A DNA stretch of 27,107 nt from a bacterium. GTDB taxonomy: Bacteria > CALINM01. The notes below the pieces were generated by a model. The model ran no database searches. It was not told the DNA's origin and was given only the letters and a program-made list of their open reading frames with translations. A program made the translations under genes and the position numbers. Positions within the stretch are counted from its first letter, which is position 1, and every line of letters begins with the position of its first letter. Location: the NCBI GenBank assembly GCA_041640455.1, contig JBEQAF010000023.1:1-27107 (forward strand), read 5' to 3'. Of this stretch, positions 26,701 through 27,107 are shown in pieces.

Positions 26701-27107
26701 TTGATCTGGCAAAAGATTGTTAAAGAGCTTGCAGATAAAGATGACTGGGTTTCAAGCAGATACCTCTGTGAAATATTGAAAATATCAAGAACGGCTGTAT
26801 GGAAACATATAAATTTTCTTAAAAATAATAACTTCCAGATAGAGTGCTGTCCGAGAAAAGGTTACAAGCTTCTATTTCCAAAAGATACTGTTCTGTCTAT
26901 AACTGAAGATAATCTGAAGGATATAAATATATGCAGTTCAATAACCTCATTTATCTCCATTGATTCAACAAGCAATTATCTCAAAGAGCTCGGATTTTCA
27001 GAACTAAAAGAAGGGATGGCTGTTTTAACTGAGCATCAAACAAGCGGGCGAGGTAGGAGAGGGCGTCAATGGTTTTCTCCCTTTGGCAAAAATTTATATT
27101 TTTCTAT
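26701..27107 (+). CDS. birA: Bifunctional biotin--protein ligase/repressor, 3'-truncated by the window end
   Basis: Not in the ORF track. TTG 26701 (SD GAGGT) gives MIWQKIVKELADKDDWVSSRYLCEILKISRTAVWKHI...GYKL...IDSTSNY...EHQTSGRGRRGRQWFSP. Confidence 0.93.
   Translation, partial: MIWQKIVKELADKDDWVSSRYLCEILKISRTAVWKHINFLKNNNFQIECCPRKGYKLLFPKDTVLSITEDNLKDINICSSITSFISIDSTSNYLKELGFSELKEGMAVLTEHQTSGRGRRGRQWFSPFGKNLYFS

Overview
This AT-rich, gene-dense window is mostly core chromosome. Gene content and order (zapB-zapA-6S RNA-rny-ymdB-tyrS; pgsA with a lytic transglycosylase; nadB with chorismate mutase; a RomR-like regulator before valS-nadC-birA) suggest a deltaproteobacterial/Desulfobacterota-type organism, which is an inference. 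The plus strand carries a 5'-truncated PAS-GAF sensor with a degenerate kinase-like tail, IHF/HU, a four-subunit VOR-type 2-oxoacid:ferredoxin oxidoreductase, an XRE-cupin regulator, an M24 peptidase, a lytic transglycosylase, a TPR protein, pgsA, a hypothetical gene, zapB, zapA (missed by the ORF track, split at an A10 run), 6S RNA, rny, ymdB, tyrS and an MFS transporter (split at an A9 run). A minus-strand run from 20937 to 14618 holds nadB, chorismate mutase, a stand-alone DAHP-synthase regulatory domain, an unannotated 19-codon Cys-containing micro-ORF with a very strong SD and competing RNA hairpins, a degenerate DnaA-like hypothetical, an Fe-S flavoprotein and a ZnuACB-type ABC transporter. 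Two CheW-like genes, the RomR-like regulator, valS, nadC and a 3'-truncated birA follow on the plus strand. I found no tRNA, rRNA, CRISPR array or mobile element. The best candidate for undescribed biology is the 18029-19321 segment.
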